This document shows positions 22,098-35,597 of a stretch of DNA of 64,000 bases, piece by piece. A model generated the notes under the pieces. The model saw only the letters and a list, made by a program, of their open reading frames with translations, had not been told where the DNA came from and made no database searches. The translations under genes and the position numbers were made by a program. Source of the stretch: Convolutriloba macropyga (taxonomy: Eukaryota); assembly GCF_964194025.1 (NCBI RefSeq), contig NC_134472.1:59582001-59646000 (forward strand). The letters run 5' to 3'. Position 1 is the stretch's first letter; each line of letters opens with the position of its first letter.

Positions 22098-24195
22098 TTC
22101 AACTGAAATTGTATATGACTTAATACTGTATGCAAAGTAAGACAGAATGAGTTAGTTAAGTAGAGTTTTGTTGACTTAAAGTAAATAAAAAGACAATTTA
22201 TCAGTTTTCCAAATAAGCTCGGGTAAAAAGTTGTCCGACCCCCCCCCCCCCCCGGATGGGAAGCAGTTATTGGTTGATAACCAGTCAATCATGGGGAGGA
22301 ACCGCTAATGGTCCTCTATTACGAGTATAATTTTCAGGCGAATCCGATCACCCAGTTATTAACACGGGAAGTAGTGTAATTTGAAGGTTTTTATGTATAT
22401 TGCTGTGAAATATGAATTTTTGAGTAAAAAATAATGGGATTAATCAGTCGTAATGTCATGCACGTATGAATTAAGGTAGTTGCATGATCTTGGGAAGGGT
22501 TTAGGATGTAAAATGGTGATTTTTGAGTATAATGGTAATTATCACAGAAATGTAGTGAGCACCTAAATTGAAATAGTATTTTTTCGAAAAGTTGAAGTCG
22601 AATTGACCTGAAAATTGGGTGATAGACTAATTTGGGTACGAGGAATCCGATTTTAATGTCAGATCTGACCCCACACCAACCTGCACGAAACTAGCGCACG
22701 CCCATGCTGCGGAACGTAAAATTTGAATTGCTCGTGGACTATTGGTAGTAGCCCTATGATTTTTGGAGGGTTAGTGTAACTTTTCAAGGGCTTTCGATTG
22801 GTGATATTTTCAATCCCAGACTCCGACCGGATGTCGGTGCTTCGGGACGACCGGAGTCCCGAAAACTGGAAATTGGCCTTTCTGGGCGGCCGAATGACTT
22901 TGAAATGGTATTAATATGATAACCTGAGACAGTTATTGACAAAAATAACCACCCCGGTCAGTTTCGACGAACTCGGTTTTTTCGGATTTCGGCACCCACG
23001 ACTCGTTAAAAATTTTTTGCATACGACTCGCGACGGCTGATCCCTTGGTCATGCAATTTGGCTGGCAATTTGCTGGCAAACTATAATTACTATAAAACCT
23101 TACCCGGAGACACTAATTCCCAAGCTATTAAGTTTGGAAATTTGGGGTCATCCAGGAGGTCGATGAAAAGTGTGCGCGGTCATTGCTCGTGTTCTATTGG
23201 GATTTAGGCGATAAAAATTGGTGGGTTGGTGTAACTATGCTAGGACTTTCCGCGCCACTAGTTATTTTTACCAAATTGACCCTTCATTTTTGACTATTGA
23301 CCTCTAATTAACCTCTAGAGGTCAAATTTTTGGGTATTTGGGAAATTTTGTTTTCTGACTAATTTTTGTATGAGGAATTCCACGGAATACTGGGAAAAGC
23401 ATACCAATTCATTATTTTAGCTTTGGCGAGCATGAATTAGCGATATATTTAAACATGGAGACCAATAGTCTTTGAATAACAAAAAAGACAAAATTGACTT
23501 GGCGCCAAATTTGTGTGCGCAAATAAGGGCGATAGGGACCGTGGACTTTGACGTTAATCTGTTTGTTTAGTGGAGGGAACCCCTCCTGCGGATGTGTCAA
23601 TCAGTCAAAATGACTTACGGTGTTTACTTAAGTTCTAAAAGTGTATTTAATTAAGATAAGATAAAGTTAGCCAAATAGAAAAAGTTGTAATCAGCTTATC
23701 GTGTATAAGTTGGAGAGAGAGAGAGAGAAAATACTGAGCTAGTGAGCAGTTGGTTTAGTGGGACTAAACATAAAACAGTCAGTAAAGCTGCAAGACCAGT
23801 TAGGAAACTGTGAGCAACTTGGTTAATTATACTGCGAGTGAATCACGATAAAGTTGTGAACTCATCCAAAATTTTTTGCAGTTGAATTTGTCTCGAGTTA
23901 TTAGTTGATTGAGAGTTGCATCTTTTTACTGTGGATTCTACATTTGTGCTGGTGTTCAATTTAACGTCTTTTGGGACAAAGCATTATTAACAGCCTCTAA
24001 GAGTGGACGAGGGGAAAAACTCAGAAAAGAGACAAGGTAGCGCTTGCTTCATCATTTTCTTTTAAACCTCCGGTGTTGGTTATAATTAAGTTTGATCGAT
24101 CTTCTGGGCGACAATTCCCCCTCATTGTTAGCCTAGTTAGAAATTCAGAAGACGACTGTAGCACGCATAAAGACTGTCGCTCTTTACTAAATAAT

Positions 24196-26126
24196 AACGA
24201 TATCCGTGGTTCACTTCCCAAATGAACTAAATCAAAAACCGCTCACAGTGTCCCAACTGGTCTTGCAATTACAAACTTCCAGAGTTCAATCTCACTCTCA
24301 ATCTCTTCCCTGCTTTTCACGCTATCATTTGAATTTTAGTCCCACTAAAACAAATGCATTTTCTCACTTGTGCGATTCCAAACTTCTGAGGTTCTCCCAG
24401 AATCTCCAAAAACTGCCTCTATCAAAATTTCTCTGTGTTAGTTTAATTTATACTCAACCAATACGCTCTTATCTTAAGCAAACAAACCTAAATCTCTTAA
24501 ATAAACATTGCAATTTACACTTTAATTCTCTTACATTCTGTAGGAGGGCTTTGTTTGCTATGCAAACAGACCAATATCAAATTATGCTCTGTCATTCAAC
24601 TGCTAGCAACCATTGTTCAACTTTCTCCTTATCTTAAGTAAACGACCTTTGGACTCTTATGTAAACAAATCCACTCCACTTTATCTCATATATGCACTTG
24701 ACATGTCAATCAGTGCTTGCTTAGTAAACATTGAACGTTGCTCTGAAAAGTTCTTATACCTCTAATTCCGCTATCAAATTAACTAGCTGCATTCAATCCC
24801 TGTCAAAAATCATGTAATAAATAAATAACTAAACTCAACCCTAACTCAAAGACCAATTGTAATTTCCATTTTTTGAACTATTTCATGCAATTCCCCAGTT
24901 AAAAACCGCCGAAAATTCTAATACTCCTAAAAGCACACAATTTGACCTTTAGGGGTCATCCGAAGGTAACCCGTCCAAAATGAAGGGTCAAGTTGATAAA
25001 AACTAAATATTGTCACGGAAAGTTCTCTCATATTTGCACCTAGCCACAAAATTTCATTGCCTAACTTCCACTAGTACACGAGCAATGATCGCACACACTT
25101 TTCATCTACCTCCCGGATGACCCCAAATTTCCAAACTTAATAGCTTGCAAAGTAGTGTTCAAAACGTCTCCGGGCAAGGTTTTATAGTAATTATAGTTTG
25201 CCAGCAAATTGCCAGCCAAATTGCATGACCAAGGGATCAGCCGTCGCGAGTCGTTTGCAATTTAAAAATTTTTAACGAGTCGTGGGTGCCGAAATCAGAA
25301 AAATCCGAGTTCGTCAAAATTGACCGGGATGGGTGTTTTTTGTCACTAACTGTCTCAGGTTATCATAATAATGCCACTTCAAAATTGTTCGGCCGCTCAA
25401 AAAGGCCAATTTTTGGCACTCGGGTCCTCCCAAATCACCAACTTCTGGTCGGAATCTGGGATTAAAGTTATCACCAATCGAAAGCCCTTGTAAAGTTAAA
25501 CTAACCCTCCAAAAATCATAGGGCTACTACCAATACTCCACGAGCAATTCAAATTTTACGTTCCGCAGCACGGGCGTGTGCTAGTTCCTGTAGGCTGGTT
25601 TGGGGTCAGATCTGACCTCAAAATCGGATTCCTCGTACCCAAATTAGTCTATCCCCCAAATTTCAGGTCAATCCGACTTGTACTTTTTGAGAATATACTA
25701 TTTCAATATAGGTGCTTACTACCTCCCTGTGATAATTACTAATATACTCAAAAATTACCATTTTACATCCTAAATCCTTCCCAAGATCATGCAAAAACCT
25801 TAATTCATACGTGCATGCCATTACGACTGATTAATCCCAATATTTTTTACTCAAACAGTCATATTTGAGAGTAAAATACCTAAAAACCATCAAATCACAC
25901 TACTTCCGGTGTTAATAGCTCGGGGGTGGGTGGTCGGATTGGCTTGAAAACTATAACCACAATAGAGGACCATTAGGGGTTCCTCCCCATCATTGACTGG
26001 TTATCAACCAATAACTGCTTCCCATCCCGGGGGGGTCGGACAACTTTTCACCCGAGTGTATTTGGAAAACTGATAAATTGCCTTTTTATTTACTTTAAGT
26101 CAACAAAATTCTACTTAACTAACTCA
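24196..26126 (-). repeat. Second inverted LTR fragment
   Basis: ~24196-25140 repeats ~4236-5280 directly; ~24930-26126 is the reverse complement of 3' LTR ~22149-23340. Confidence 0.85.
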
Positions 26127-26632
26127 GAGCGAAAAGGTGTAACCGGCCCCGTATCCCTATTTTATATGGACAATTATCAGGGCAACATCTCCACAAATTT
26201 TCAGATTCCAATGATGAACATAACTTAAAAAGTCGGGGGTAACAGTTTTGGGAATGCCCATTATTTTGCAAATTTTAAATCGCATATTCATTTACTTCAA
26301 ATTGAAATTCCAACTTTGATGAAAGTATCTAGTTCACTTCAAATGTTCGCTCTCTAGTTTTCTTCTAAAGTTTAATTTATTCATTTGGACCTTGGCCTGA
26401 TGCACAAATACAGCTTTGCTAATTAACCAAAATATATTGACAGCTCAATGTATCTTTTGTTCATTAGTTTGTTTATTTAAGATATCTCACTCAACTCCCC
26501 TCTCTGGCGCCTTCGCAACAATAACCCTTCAAGAAAGAATGCTTACTTCAAACACCTAATCAACTTATCTAAGTTGACCTAAATAATCTATCTAACTCTC
26601 AGTTTCTCCTTGAAAATTCTCTGCATCTTACA

Positions 26633-27935
26633 GTATCCAAGAGGCTCTTAAACTACGTACATCTCAAAAATGGTGATCCTTTTTGGATGCAAGAATTAGC
26701 TTTTAGAGAGAGGTGTGTAGTGTAGCAAATTGGAGTTTACTTTTCGATACGTTAATCTTGCTAGATTTTCGCAACAAACAATTTTTCTCTCCCACGTTTG
26801 TCACATATATTGCAAAAATGTAGCGGTTGAGGCGCCACTAGCTCCACTTACTTCACTAACAGAAGATTTGATTGCTTCGACTGCCGGGGCGCGAGACACA
26901 ACTTGGCAATGTTAGCTAACGCAAGGCAGGCCAAGTGCTTACGATTGGTCGGAAACACTAGGTCAAACAACAATTTTCATATTCGTCTTCATTCGCCAGC
27001 CAGTATAACCGTCAATAACGACTAAGGTGTCAATTCAAAGCATTCATAGACGCGTTGGAGATTTCCCGATAGAAAACTGGGACTCGTTGTAGTTGAATTC
27101 CCACGTAGAAATATGAAGCAGAGATCAACCACTTGGTTTAGCGAACAGTCTGAAACTTTGATTGTGCAATGACTGACATTTAGAGTCCTGTTGATTGATG
27201 ACCATTGGAATAACTATCAACATGATGAGAGAACTAATCAGACTGTTCAAACGATTCTAATTAAAGTGCAGTGTATACTTTGTTAATATCTGGTTCTCTT
27301 TTTTATGTTTTGTTACTCTTCAGGGGAATAGTTAAGCCCATAATGGTGGTGTGGAAATTGATTTTCTACCCTACGCTATCGTAGGAAAATTAAGAAAACT
27401 TAAGAAATTATAGCAAAGTACTAACCTCGGGTTATTTCTCAGACGTTTTGAATTAAAAAAGAGTAAAGAATATTGGCTAACTGAGTGTAATGAAACTTAG
27501 GTTTCTCAGCTCAAATAGTAAGTTAATTACTGAATTGGGGATAAAGTTGTTTTAATCGAGTGATTTTTTGTTGTTTTTTTACATAAGATTAGTTTAAAAA
27601 AGCAATCAGACATGATCACATCTCTATAATTCACCTTGGCGGAGTATATATACCGCTTGATTTCCGTATATTTTCAGAGTTTCTTTACAATTTGTTTTTG
27701 GAAATGAAGTCTTTTTTTTCTGCCGCTGAAACACAGAGTAACTCTTCAGATTTTGGCGTTCTTTAAATAATTTTCGTAATAGGAATAAGCAGTAAAATTT
27801 AACTGGTATAAGTTAACTTTTTCTAAGTATAGGGTTTTACCCATTTTTCTTCCTAAGTAATTTAGGGCAGAAGGTTTTTAAGAGAATTAAATTCACCTAG
27901 AGGGCTAGGTTAGATAAAAACAATACTTAGGATCT
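26633..27935. repeat. Continuation of the 2.94-kb tandem repeat unit after the nested insertion
   Basis: GTATC-CAAGAGGCTCTTAAACTACG at 26633 matches GTATC-TAAAAGGCTCTTAAACTACG at ~856. Similarity to ~861-2105 continues to ~27935. Confidence 0.85.
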
Positions 27936-29968
27936 ATTTTTACTTCTTGGAATGGAAAACATCTGTGTACATAAAATCTCAATCGGAAAGAACAATGTTC
28001 TTGAATGGCTAGGAAAAAATGAAATTTTAATAACAAAATTTACGATTTATGTGAATAGCAAACTTTAAAAATAGAGGTTTTTAGCTGGTCCAGTACTCTT
28101 TGTTAACTTGTTTTGGTTGAACCCATTGTATATAGGATCTCAATTAGAAAAAAGTGTCGTAGTTTGTCATGGACAAGTGTTAGACTTTCATACAGAAATT
28201 TTTGAACTTTACGAATAACGAAATCTTGAAAGAATGTAATTTTTTCGAGCCAAAAGGTTTTGAAAATCCAGTTCAAATTGGTATGAGAGATTCGCCTTGT
28301 ATTTAGAAATCCAATCAAAATGTTTTTTGTCATGTCTAGGAAAAAAATAAGGAAATCTAGAAGAAATGGAAGTTTGCGAAATTTGCAGATAACTAAACTT
28401 AAAAACTAAATTTTTAATCTGGTCAAAAAGATATTCAAAACCAACTTACCTTGGTATGGCAGATCAAAATTGATTATAGTGTCTCAATTTAAAACACAAT
28501 TTTGTCTTAGTTTGTCCAGAAAAAAAGTTAGGTTTTCATGTAGAAATATACCAAAAGTTTGATGAATAGATCTTTCTATTGAATCAAGGAGTTCATCAAA
28601 TCCTACCAAACTTGGCATAGGCGGAGTTGATGTGGAGTCCTAAACAAAAAGACAATTTTAATGGTAGTATAATTTTTTTCATAACGAAAACTCAAATGGG
28701 TTGCATGAAAAATCGTTGAAGTGGAAACTGCATAAGAAACATGGCCGATAGTATACCTGAACCAACTCAAAGTCGTTCCTAGTATAACTGAGTCGTTCAG
28801 TAAAAGCCCTTAACAAAACCTACCTATTTCAGAAAAATTAAACACCAAATAAATACAACGCAATATATATCAAAAACTACCAATTTTTGATAGGATTGTT
28901 TTTAAGTGTTTGAGGGGGGGGGGGGGGGGTTTCTATATGTGGAAGAGTAGGTAGGTAGGGGCTGTTAGGTAGGTAGGACAATTATTTTTTATCGAGTCAA
29001 GGATTTAATCAAACTCAACCAAACTAGGTGTTGGAAATTCCCAGTGTGCATAGTCGTCAGTTAGAAGGAATTATTGTCGTAGCTTGTTGTCGAATTTTTG
29101 TAAGATCTGTTTTTAAAAATACCAAAATGATGTAAGATTTACCCAAATTAATTATACTCTGAAAAATACTCCCAAATTAATAACTCTAAATTAATTACCA
29201 TTTACGGACGCTGAAAACAGCCTAAATTATGTAAAATTTTAAATGGCCAAATTTGTGTAATATCTACGTTTAGAAACGCAAAATGATGTAAGATCGACGC
29301 TAAATTCGACGCAAATTTCTCTAAGATCAGAACTAGCTTAAAAACAAAAATTTTGTGAGGTTTACGCTAAGGAGCGCTCAGATGCCTGAAGTTAGGTTCT
29401 GATTAATAATGAATGCGATGTTCAAGAAAAGTGAAGTATAGTGGTCCAGTGGAAGATTAAGTGACACTAATTCAGAGGGTGAGTTGTTCGAGTATGAGAG
29501 ATAGAGGTCGATGCGTTCAAACAATGCGCAAAATGTGTAGGTAGGCTACATTTATTGAGATCTACGCCTAAGAACGCAAAATTATGTAATATCTCTGCTT
29601 ATAAACGCAATATTATGTAAAATAAGCGGCAACTAGCTTTGACTGGTTAGAAAAATAACGGAATTTTTTGTGCATAACTTTGCAGTGAATGCGTTGAATT
29701 GAGAGAAACAAATTCAACTCACTCACCTCAAAATTAAGCACAAAAATGGCAGTGTTTTTTTAACGTGTCAACACTAGTCACAGCTTATCTTACATAATTT
29801 TGCCCAGATTCCTCGCCCGTCTAAATGCAACTCTAATTTGAATACTAATTCAGAGCTATGATCTTGTCTTTTTTACACTTGTCAGCCTTGTGCACGTCTT
29901 GGCCAAGATTTGCCAGTCTAAATCTAATTCTTGTATACAGCCATCCCAACAATTTAGTCTAATTTCAG

Positions 29969-30202
29969 CTGGATAGCGAGATCTGTGTTGCTAGTCTACC
30001 GAGATACGATGAATTCAGGAGTGATGTATGCGTGGGAGACAGTGGGGGGCCTGCTGTCAACGATGAAGAGGATTTGTGTCTCTATGGAATTGTAACAGAG
30101 GTTACGCCTTCGATGTATAATGGTGCCCTAGGAGCAATCCTAACCCGAGTTTCCTTCTTTGAGCAATGGATAAAAGACACCATGCGCGATCTTAATCAGT
30201 GA
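29969..30202 (+). CDS. Terminal exon of a trypsin-like (S1) serine protease
   Basis: After a TTTCAG acceptor: LDSEICVA...DVCVGDSGGPAV...LCLYGIVT...ILTRVSFFEQWIKDTM...*; catalytic GDSGGP motif. Upstream exons not identified. Confidence 0.85.
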   Translation: MDSEICVASLPRYDEFRSDVCVGDSGGPAVNDEEDLCLYGIVTEVTPSMYNGALGAILTRVSFFEQWIKDTMRDLNQ

Positions 30203-33200
30203 AGCCTTTAACTATACTCATATGCTATACATTGCCATGTGTTGTCCATTTTCTTCGAAGTGTAATTAATTCATTGGGCTGCCCATCACATTATGTCATA
30301 TATGACTAATATTTTGTGATCGTACAATATAATCATACATAAAAGAAAATGCGACCTCAAAAATATTCACAGGACATTGTTACAAACTTCAGTGGGCACG
30401 GGTCGTTTTTGTATGACCATATATGATTCCTGTGGGAGTAGTGCCCCTGGTCATTCACGGGATATACGTGGTTTTCCGGATCTTTTACTTTCAGATTGGT
30501 TTGCAGCTGTTGATGTTAGGACCCTTACTAATAAAATATCGCATCGAAAACTATAGAAGCTTGCATAGATATTGATTTAGAGCGCGTTCCGGTGAAAGTG
30601 CCGCATTCAAAGAAGAATTATGTCAATAGGAAAGTTAGCGAGTTACATGACATTTTTAATCTCTGATTATTTTTCTATCAGACTTGCCTACAAAGTGGAA
30701 GACTCGATTGTCGCTTAATCAAATTATATTGTAAACTAACTACATGAGACGATAGATTTCACTGAAAAGAAAGACACCCCAAAGTATGTGTGTGTGGCGG
30801 GGGGGGGGGGGGGGCGGTTTTGTGTGGGCACATCTAATAGGCTTCATCTTTTATGATTTGGTGGAACAATTTATCACTGACTTTGATTCAATACTTTCTA
30901 AGATCCCTTTTAAATTCAATACAGTACTTCTCTTCCAGAAAAGATAATTCATTGGATAGTCAGAAAATGTCTGAATTTTGTTATGAAAATCAGAAAACAG
31001 TAAATTGTACATGACAATTCAAGCAAAAACAGTGTATTGGATGATATTTAGAAAACATTACTTATGGTTAATATTTTATCGTGGAGAGTATTCTCGATTG
31101 AGGCATAGTCAAATTAGACAGAATTTTTGTCCATCCAAAAGTAAATTTCTTTCGACAAAACTTTAAGTGTTCACTTTTTCGTATAGCTGACAATATCGAT
31201 TGCCATAGCTAACGAAATTTTTCTACACGTACATTATTCAATAAAGTAAATCACCAAACTTTTGTTATAACAGCATCAGGAGCTGAGTGATTTAGTTAGC
31301 TGAAATGATACTATGACCCGTACCGGTGATTTTACTAGCCACCAACAATGCCAATAGATACACTTATGTAGGTATGTTACATTCTAACTATTCCACATGA
31401 TTCCTCAAGAATATAGACCATTGGAAAAACCTAAGAGAAAGAAAGTAATAGAACAAGATTCTGAGTTGAAACAAGTACGTGCAAATCTTAAAGTGTCACA
31501 TCGCAGAGATTAGAAATTCGGATTTCAAAGCTGCAGTGACTTGCAAATTAAGCGTTTCAAGAAAATTCTTCATGACTCTGCTTCAGAAATTTCTCCTCAA
31601 TGGAATATATGGAGCAGCTGCAAGGTTTTTTTCTGATGTTAAATCTTCTCATGAAGATGGTGCAATCAGAACCCGGGAACAGAGATCAAGAAAGGAGGGT
31701 GTTTTTTTGTTTACCCGCTTTAAAAAAGAACAAAAACATTTAATAAATTCAGACCGTTTTGAATATAATCATGTATGTTTTTATTCGTTTTGAATTTGAT
31801 TGATTGCATTTGAGAGAGTTATTATTTCAAAACAAGATTTTGGTTCGTTTGTTCAAACTGACAGCTTTGGAACTACCTGTTTACTAAAATGACCAAACTA
31901 ATTCGTAAACAAAATTTACTATATGGGGGCAGAATCATCTTGTTTTACTCTGGAGCCATGTTTCTAGAACAAATACTGATTATAGATTTTTATAGAAGTG
32001 AAGGCATCAACGCACTCATATGAGCTGTCTTCGGCTTCTCAGTAGTACCAGATGCCAAAATTCTGGTAACGGAACAAGAAAAAAGTTATGAAGATTAAAT
32101 TTCTTAGTATAAGACCTACTAAATATAGGAGTGTTCCAATTTCTTTTCTACTTTTGAACTACTAGAATGTTTGAAATGTAAAACAATTTTGTACTAATTA
32201 CCAATGTTTTAGGTATGAAAGAAAACTGCACTTCTTCTTCTTTTTTTCATTGAACAGAATTCCCGAACACAATATTTCAGGATTGGAATTTTGTGGGAAG
32301 AGCAATTATTCTACTGTTTACTATTTTACATTTTCAAAAAATTTTCTGGAGAATTTCCAGCTTCTGTGTTTTCATTCGAAAAAATTGGATAGAAGTTTTT
32401 CGTTTTTCGGCCATCATACTGCATGAGTGGCACATTTTTGATTGCCCTCAAGCGGCAAAAACAGAATGCAATAATCTTGCATAAACAGATGAGGGACTGG
32501 TTGAGTTTGCGCACAAAAATTTTAAATCAATTGCCATTTGAAGTCCCTGATAAATTGATGATAATTGTTTAAAAAATTTCAGTCGATCAACAGATGAAAT
32601 TTACATTTTGGAACGAAATGTAAATGTCATAGAAATTGATTAAAATGTACGTTTAGGAAAAATAGGTCAGAAAATTTTTGTTTTTATAAAAAAAATCAGA
32701 GACATTTTTTAGAAAAAGAATACCACTGCACTAAATGGACTCTAAGCAAAGCTTGTCTTTTAAAACTCTGTTTAAAATTTCCCTAAAATCCATTTTCGTT
32801 AGATTTTGCTAATCATCGCTTATCCCGAAGGACCTTGATTTTTAAACTTTTATCTGAAATTCTTTCACAGGAAAGTGAATTTTAGCTTTTCAATTTTTAC
32901 TCACTATCCGCAAGTATGAAATTCTAAAGTTTAACACGAGAAGATCAACAATTATTTTTGTGAGACGAAAATGACAAAATTACTGCAGTCGCCAACAATG
33001 CAGGAGTATAAAATTAAATAGAAAAGCTTTATCTAGGTGAACCAAGCCAAGTGTTTTTATCTCAAAACTTTGAATCTCGAAAACAAAACTGAAATTGATG
33101 TTCATATTTAATCCAAATTCGAAGTTTACCTTGTAAGATCTTGACTAAACTTTGCAAAAAGTTTATCTTATATTTCGGTAATAAACGTCTGCTCTGTATT

Positions 33201-35169
33201 TTGTTTGCAACTGTCATCTTTTAGTTGATGAAGGAATCTCGGAAGTTTCGTGATACCATTCAAGAACCTTTCAGTTCACATCATCTTCCAAAATTTTGCG
33301 GAAATTATAAAACAAGGGGGTTGCATTTCAAAAGCTAATCATGCATAAAACTTTTGAATAATGCCAAAGAGCTAGAAAAGGGGTATATACACGTTTTACA
33401 AGAAAAAAATTACTAATAACATTTGTTGCCATATACTTTTATTTCATCTGTTATTTAGTTCTATTTGTTTAGTGTGCAAAATTTTAGGACTAGGTAACAA
33501 AGACCAAAGTAAATCGTTATCATTATCTATTATATTAGAGCAAAACCGTACCCGTTTGCTGATGAGCAACTTATGTAAGACCAAATTTTAATAATAAAAG
33601 TCTATAGACGTTAAAGTATTAATCTGCTCTTATGAGTTGCTTTCGGCTGCGCAGTAGTGTCACTTGCTATGGTTTGATAAAGGAATAAGGATGAAATATG
33701 CTGATCTACTTTCTCATCTACTTTTTGAAACTATTTCAAGTGAGCATATCATCTTAGAACAAACTGGCATTTTCTGAGAATCCTGAAGATCAAAAATCAT
33801 TTTGTGAGATTTTGCAAGACTGGTGCAGGACTTTCTTGGTACCTTCGTTTGTCCAAATATTAATTAACCGAGACTCCTGTATTAGCTTACAAGATGTTCA
33901 GATAAATTCGAAGAAATCCATCAGGACCCCACTCAGTTTCCATCTTTACAGCTCAATAACCCTCCAAAAGTTGAGTTTTCGGAGCAATTTGAAAGGGGCG
34001 AAAGTTCTCAACTCACAGTTCAAAATTTTTTTGTTGGCGAAATAGGTCTTTTACCTCTGAAGCTCCCGTAACGGCTTAGATTTTTACTATTGGCTCATAT
34101 GAAATATTTTTTAACAATTAACGATTTGTCAGGTTCACCTCAATAAATAGACTGATAGAAAAAAAATGATATGTAATTGATGTCACCAATGATAATTTGT
34201 TGGAGACGTTTTTGCATCGCTTGCCTTCTTTGTGAAGTCATGACAAGTGCCACTGACAACTCTACCCACAGCTATTGGCTGTTCATTTTTCCGGCATAAA
34301 TTTCTTCAATAGTTTTTTTTGATGTTATAAGCATTCTGATGAGCGGAGTAATTCAACGAGCGTTTTGCTTGGTAAATTTTTTCTTGCTTTGTTTTTACGT
34401 TTACTGGGTGCCCTATTCTAAACGGCGTGGCGTGTTTTTGATATCCAGTTACCGCAATTAGAAAAAATCTGTTGTAATACAAATTAATTTAAAAGCTTAA
34501 TAATAGTAATTTAAGCTCACCATATCTGATACCATACTTATGTGTTCGTAAACAATTAAAATTCACTTTGAACTTTTGACTGATGTCAAATTTTTTATAA
34601 AAAATATTATTATCAGTATACTCACTGCTGTAAATCGAGTAAAAATTTTGTGAAATTTTTCTATTGGTTTTAATATAAAACCTACTGATGAATTGTTGAT
34701 AAAAGAGTACAAACCAAGTGAGCCTTCTTTTAAATTTTGCCTGGGAAAAATCTAAAATACATTATTGAAATATCGAAAATTTTCATGTTACAAATAATAG
34801 TCTTGTCGAGAAAGTTAACTGAATTTCATTCAAAACGTGTCATCATAAAAAAATGAATAGATATCTTAAGAATAATTATTCGGTCAACGCATAATGTTTT
34901 TTGAAAGACTTTCCTACACAATAAAACTTTCAAATCACTGGAGGTACCTCAATGTTACCGGAAAATTTTTCTGAGAATTTCGGGCGTGTCAACGTTATAA
35001 ATGGTTGTATGGTGGAATCAACAATTTTATCGTTTTTTGATCTCAGATAATTGGTCAGTTCGTGCACGGAAAAGAAAGAAAAAGTCTGAGTAAAGTGTAG
35101 AAATAGCTATCTAAATTTAATGTAGTAATCTAAAATTAAAGTAGTTTTCTAAATTTAATGTTTTGTTCA

Positions 35170-35597
35170 TATTTTTTCAAGATTTGTGCCAGAATTATGC
35201 AAGACAACCATTAATTCTGCCAGAATTTTTCAAGATATTCTTTTTTCTGCCAGAATCTTGCAATTGAACATATTTTCTGTCCGATCTTGCAAGATTGTTC
35301 AAACATGTAAATTTCTCAGAATTTAACCCTAAGCTTAGATTTCTACATGCTTTAAAATGTTAAAATAAATTAATCAGTATTGTTATTAATAATTATTTTT
35401 TTAAAATTGTGGCTGTTCGTTCTCATAGGTAAAAATAGGATTTGAAGTTTCTTATTTGTCTATTAACGGGTACTTTTTTGTTCTGATCGATCAAAAACTC
35501 GGTTAAAACAACCATTTTTTTGGCAGATCTTGCAAGATAACCATTTCTTGAAAGAATCTACAAGAATCTTCCAAGATAACCAACCTCTCTCGCCTGG
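35170..35597. repeat. Remnant of a CCC-ended TIR element with (T)CTTGCAAGA subterminal repeats
   Basis: Repeated CAGAATCTTGCAAGAT-like motifs ending in ...CCTGGG; partner end not found. Confidence 0.4.

Larger units (their letters stand above)
5367..24156 (+). mobile_element. Full-length env-containing Ty3/Gypsy LTR retroelement (errantivirus-like), decayed
   Basis: LTR-PBS-gag-pro/pol (PR-RT-RH-IN order)-env-PPT-LTR architecture; multiple stops and frameshifts. Confidence 0.95.
20414..24156 (+). repeat. 3' LTR (~3.74 kb)
   Basis: Starts TGAAGCACGC directly after the polypurine tract; ends ...CAGAAGACGAC (terminal A missing). Confidence 0.92.
3929..26632 (-). mobile_element. Outer composite insertion: minus-strand solo-LTR-like element of a related Gypsy subfamily, interrupted by the full-length element
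   Basis: TG...CA termini with a 5-bp TSD GTATC (3924-3928, 26633-26637). The 3929 end is the reverse complement of the LTR 3' end (AGAAATTCAGAAGAGGACA). Confidence 0.75.

Noticed and set aside
5351-24191. 15-bp inverted repeats as TIRs of a giant DNA transposon or invertible segment
   Set aside because: No flanking TSD, transposase or recombinase; the interior is fully explained as an LTR element. Kept only as a junction anomaly.
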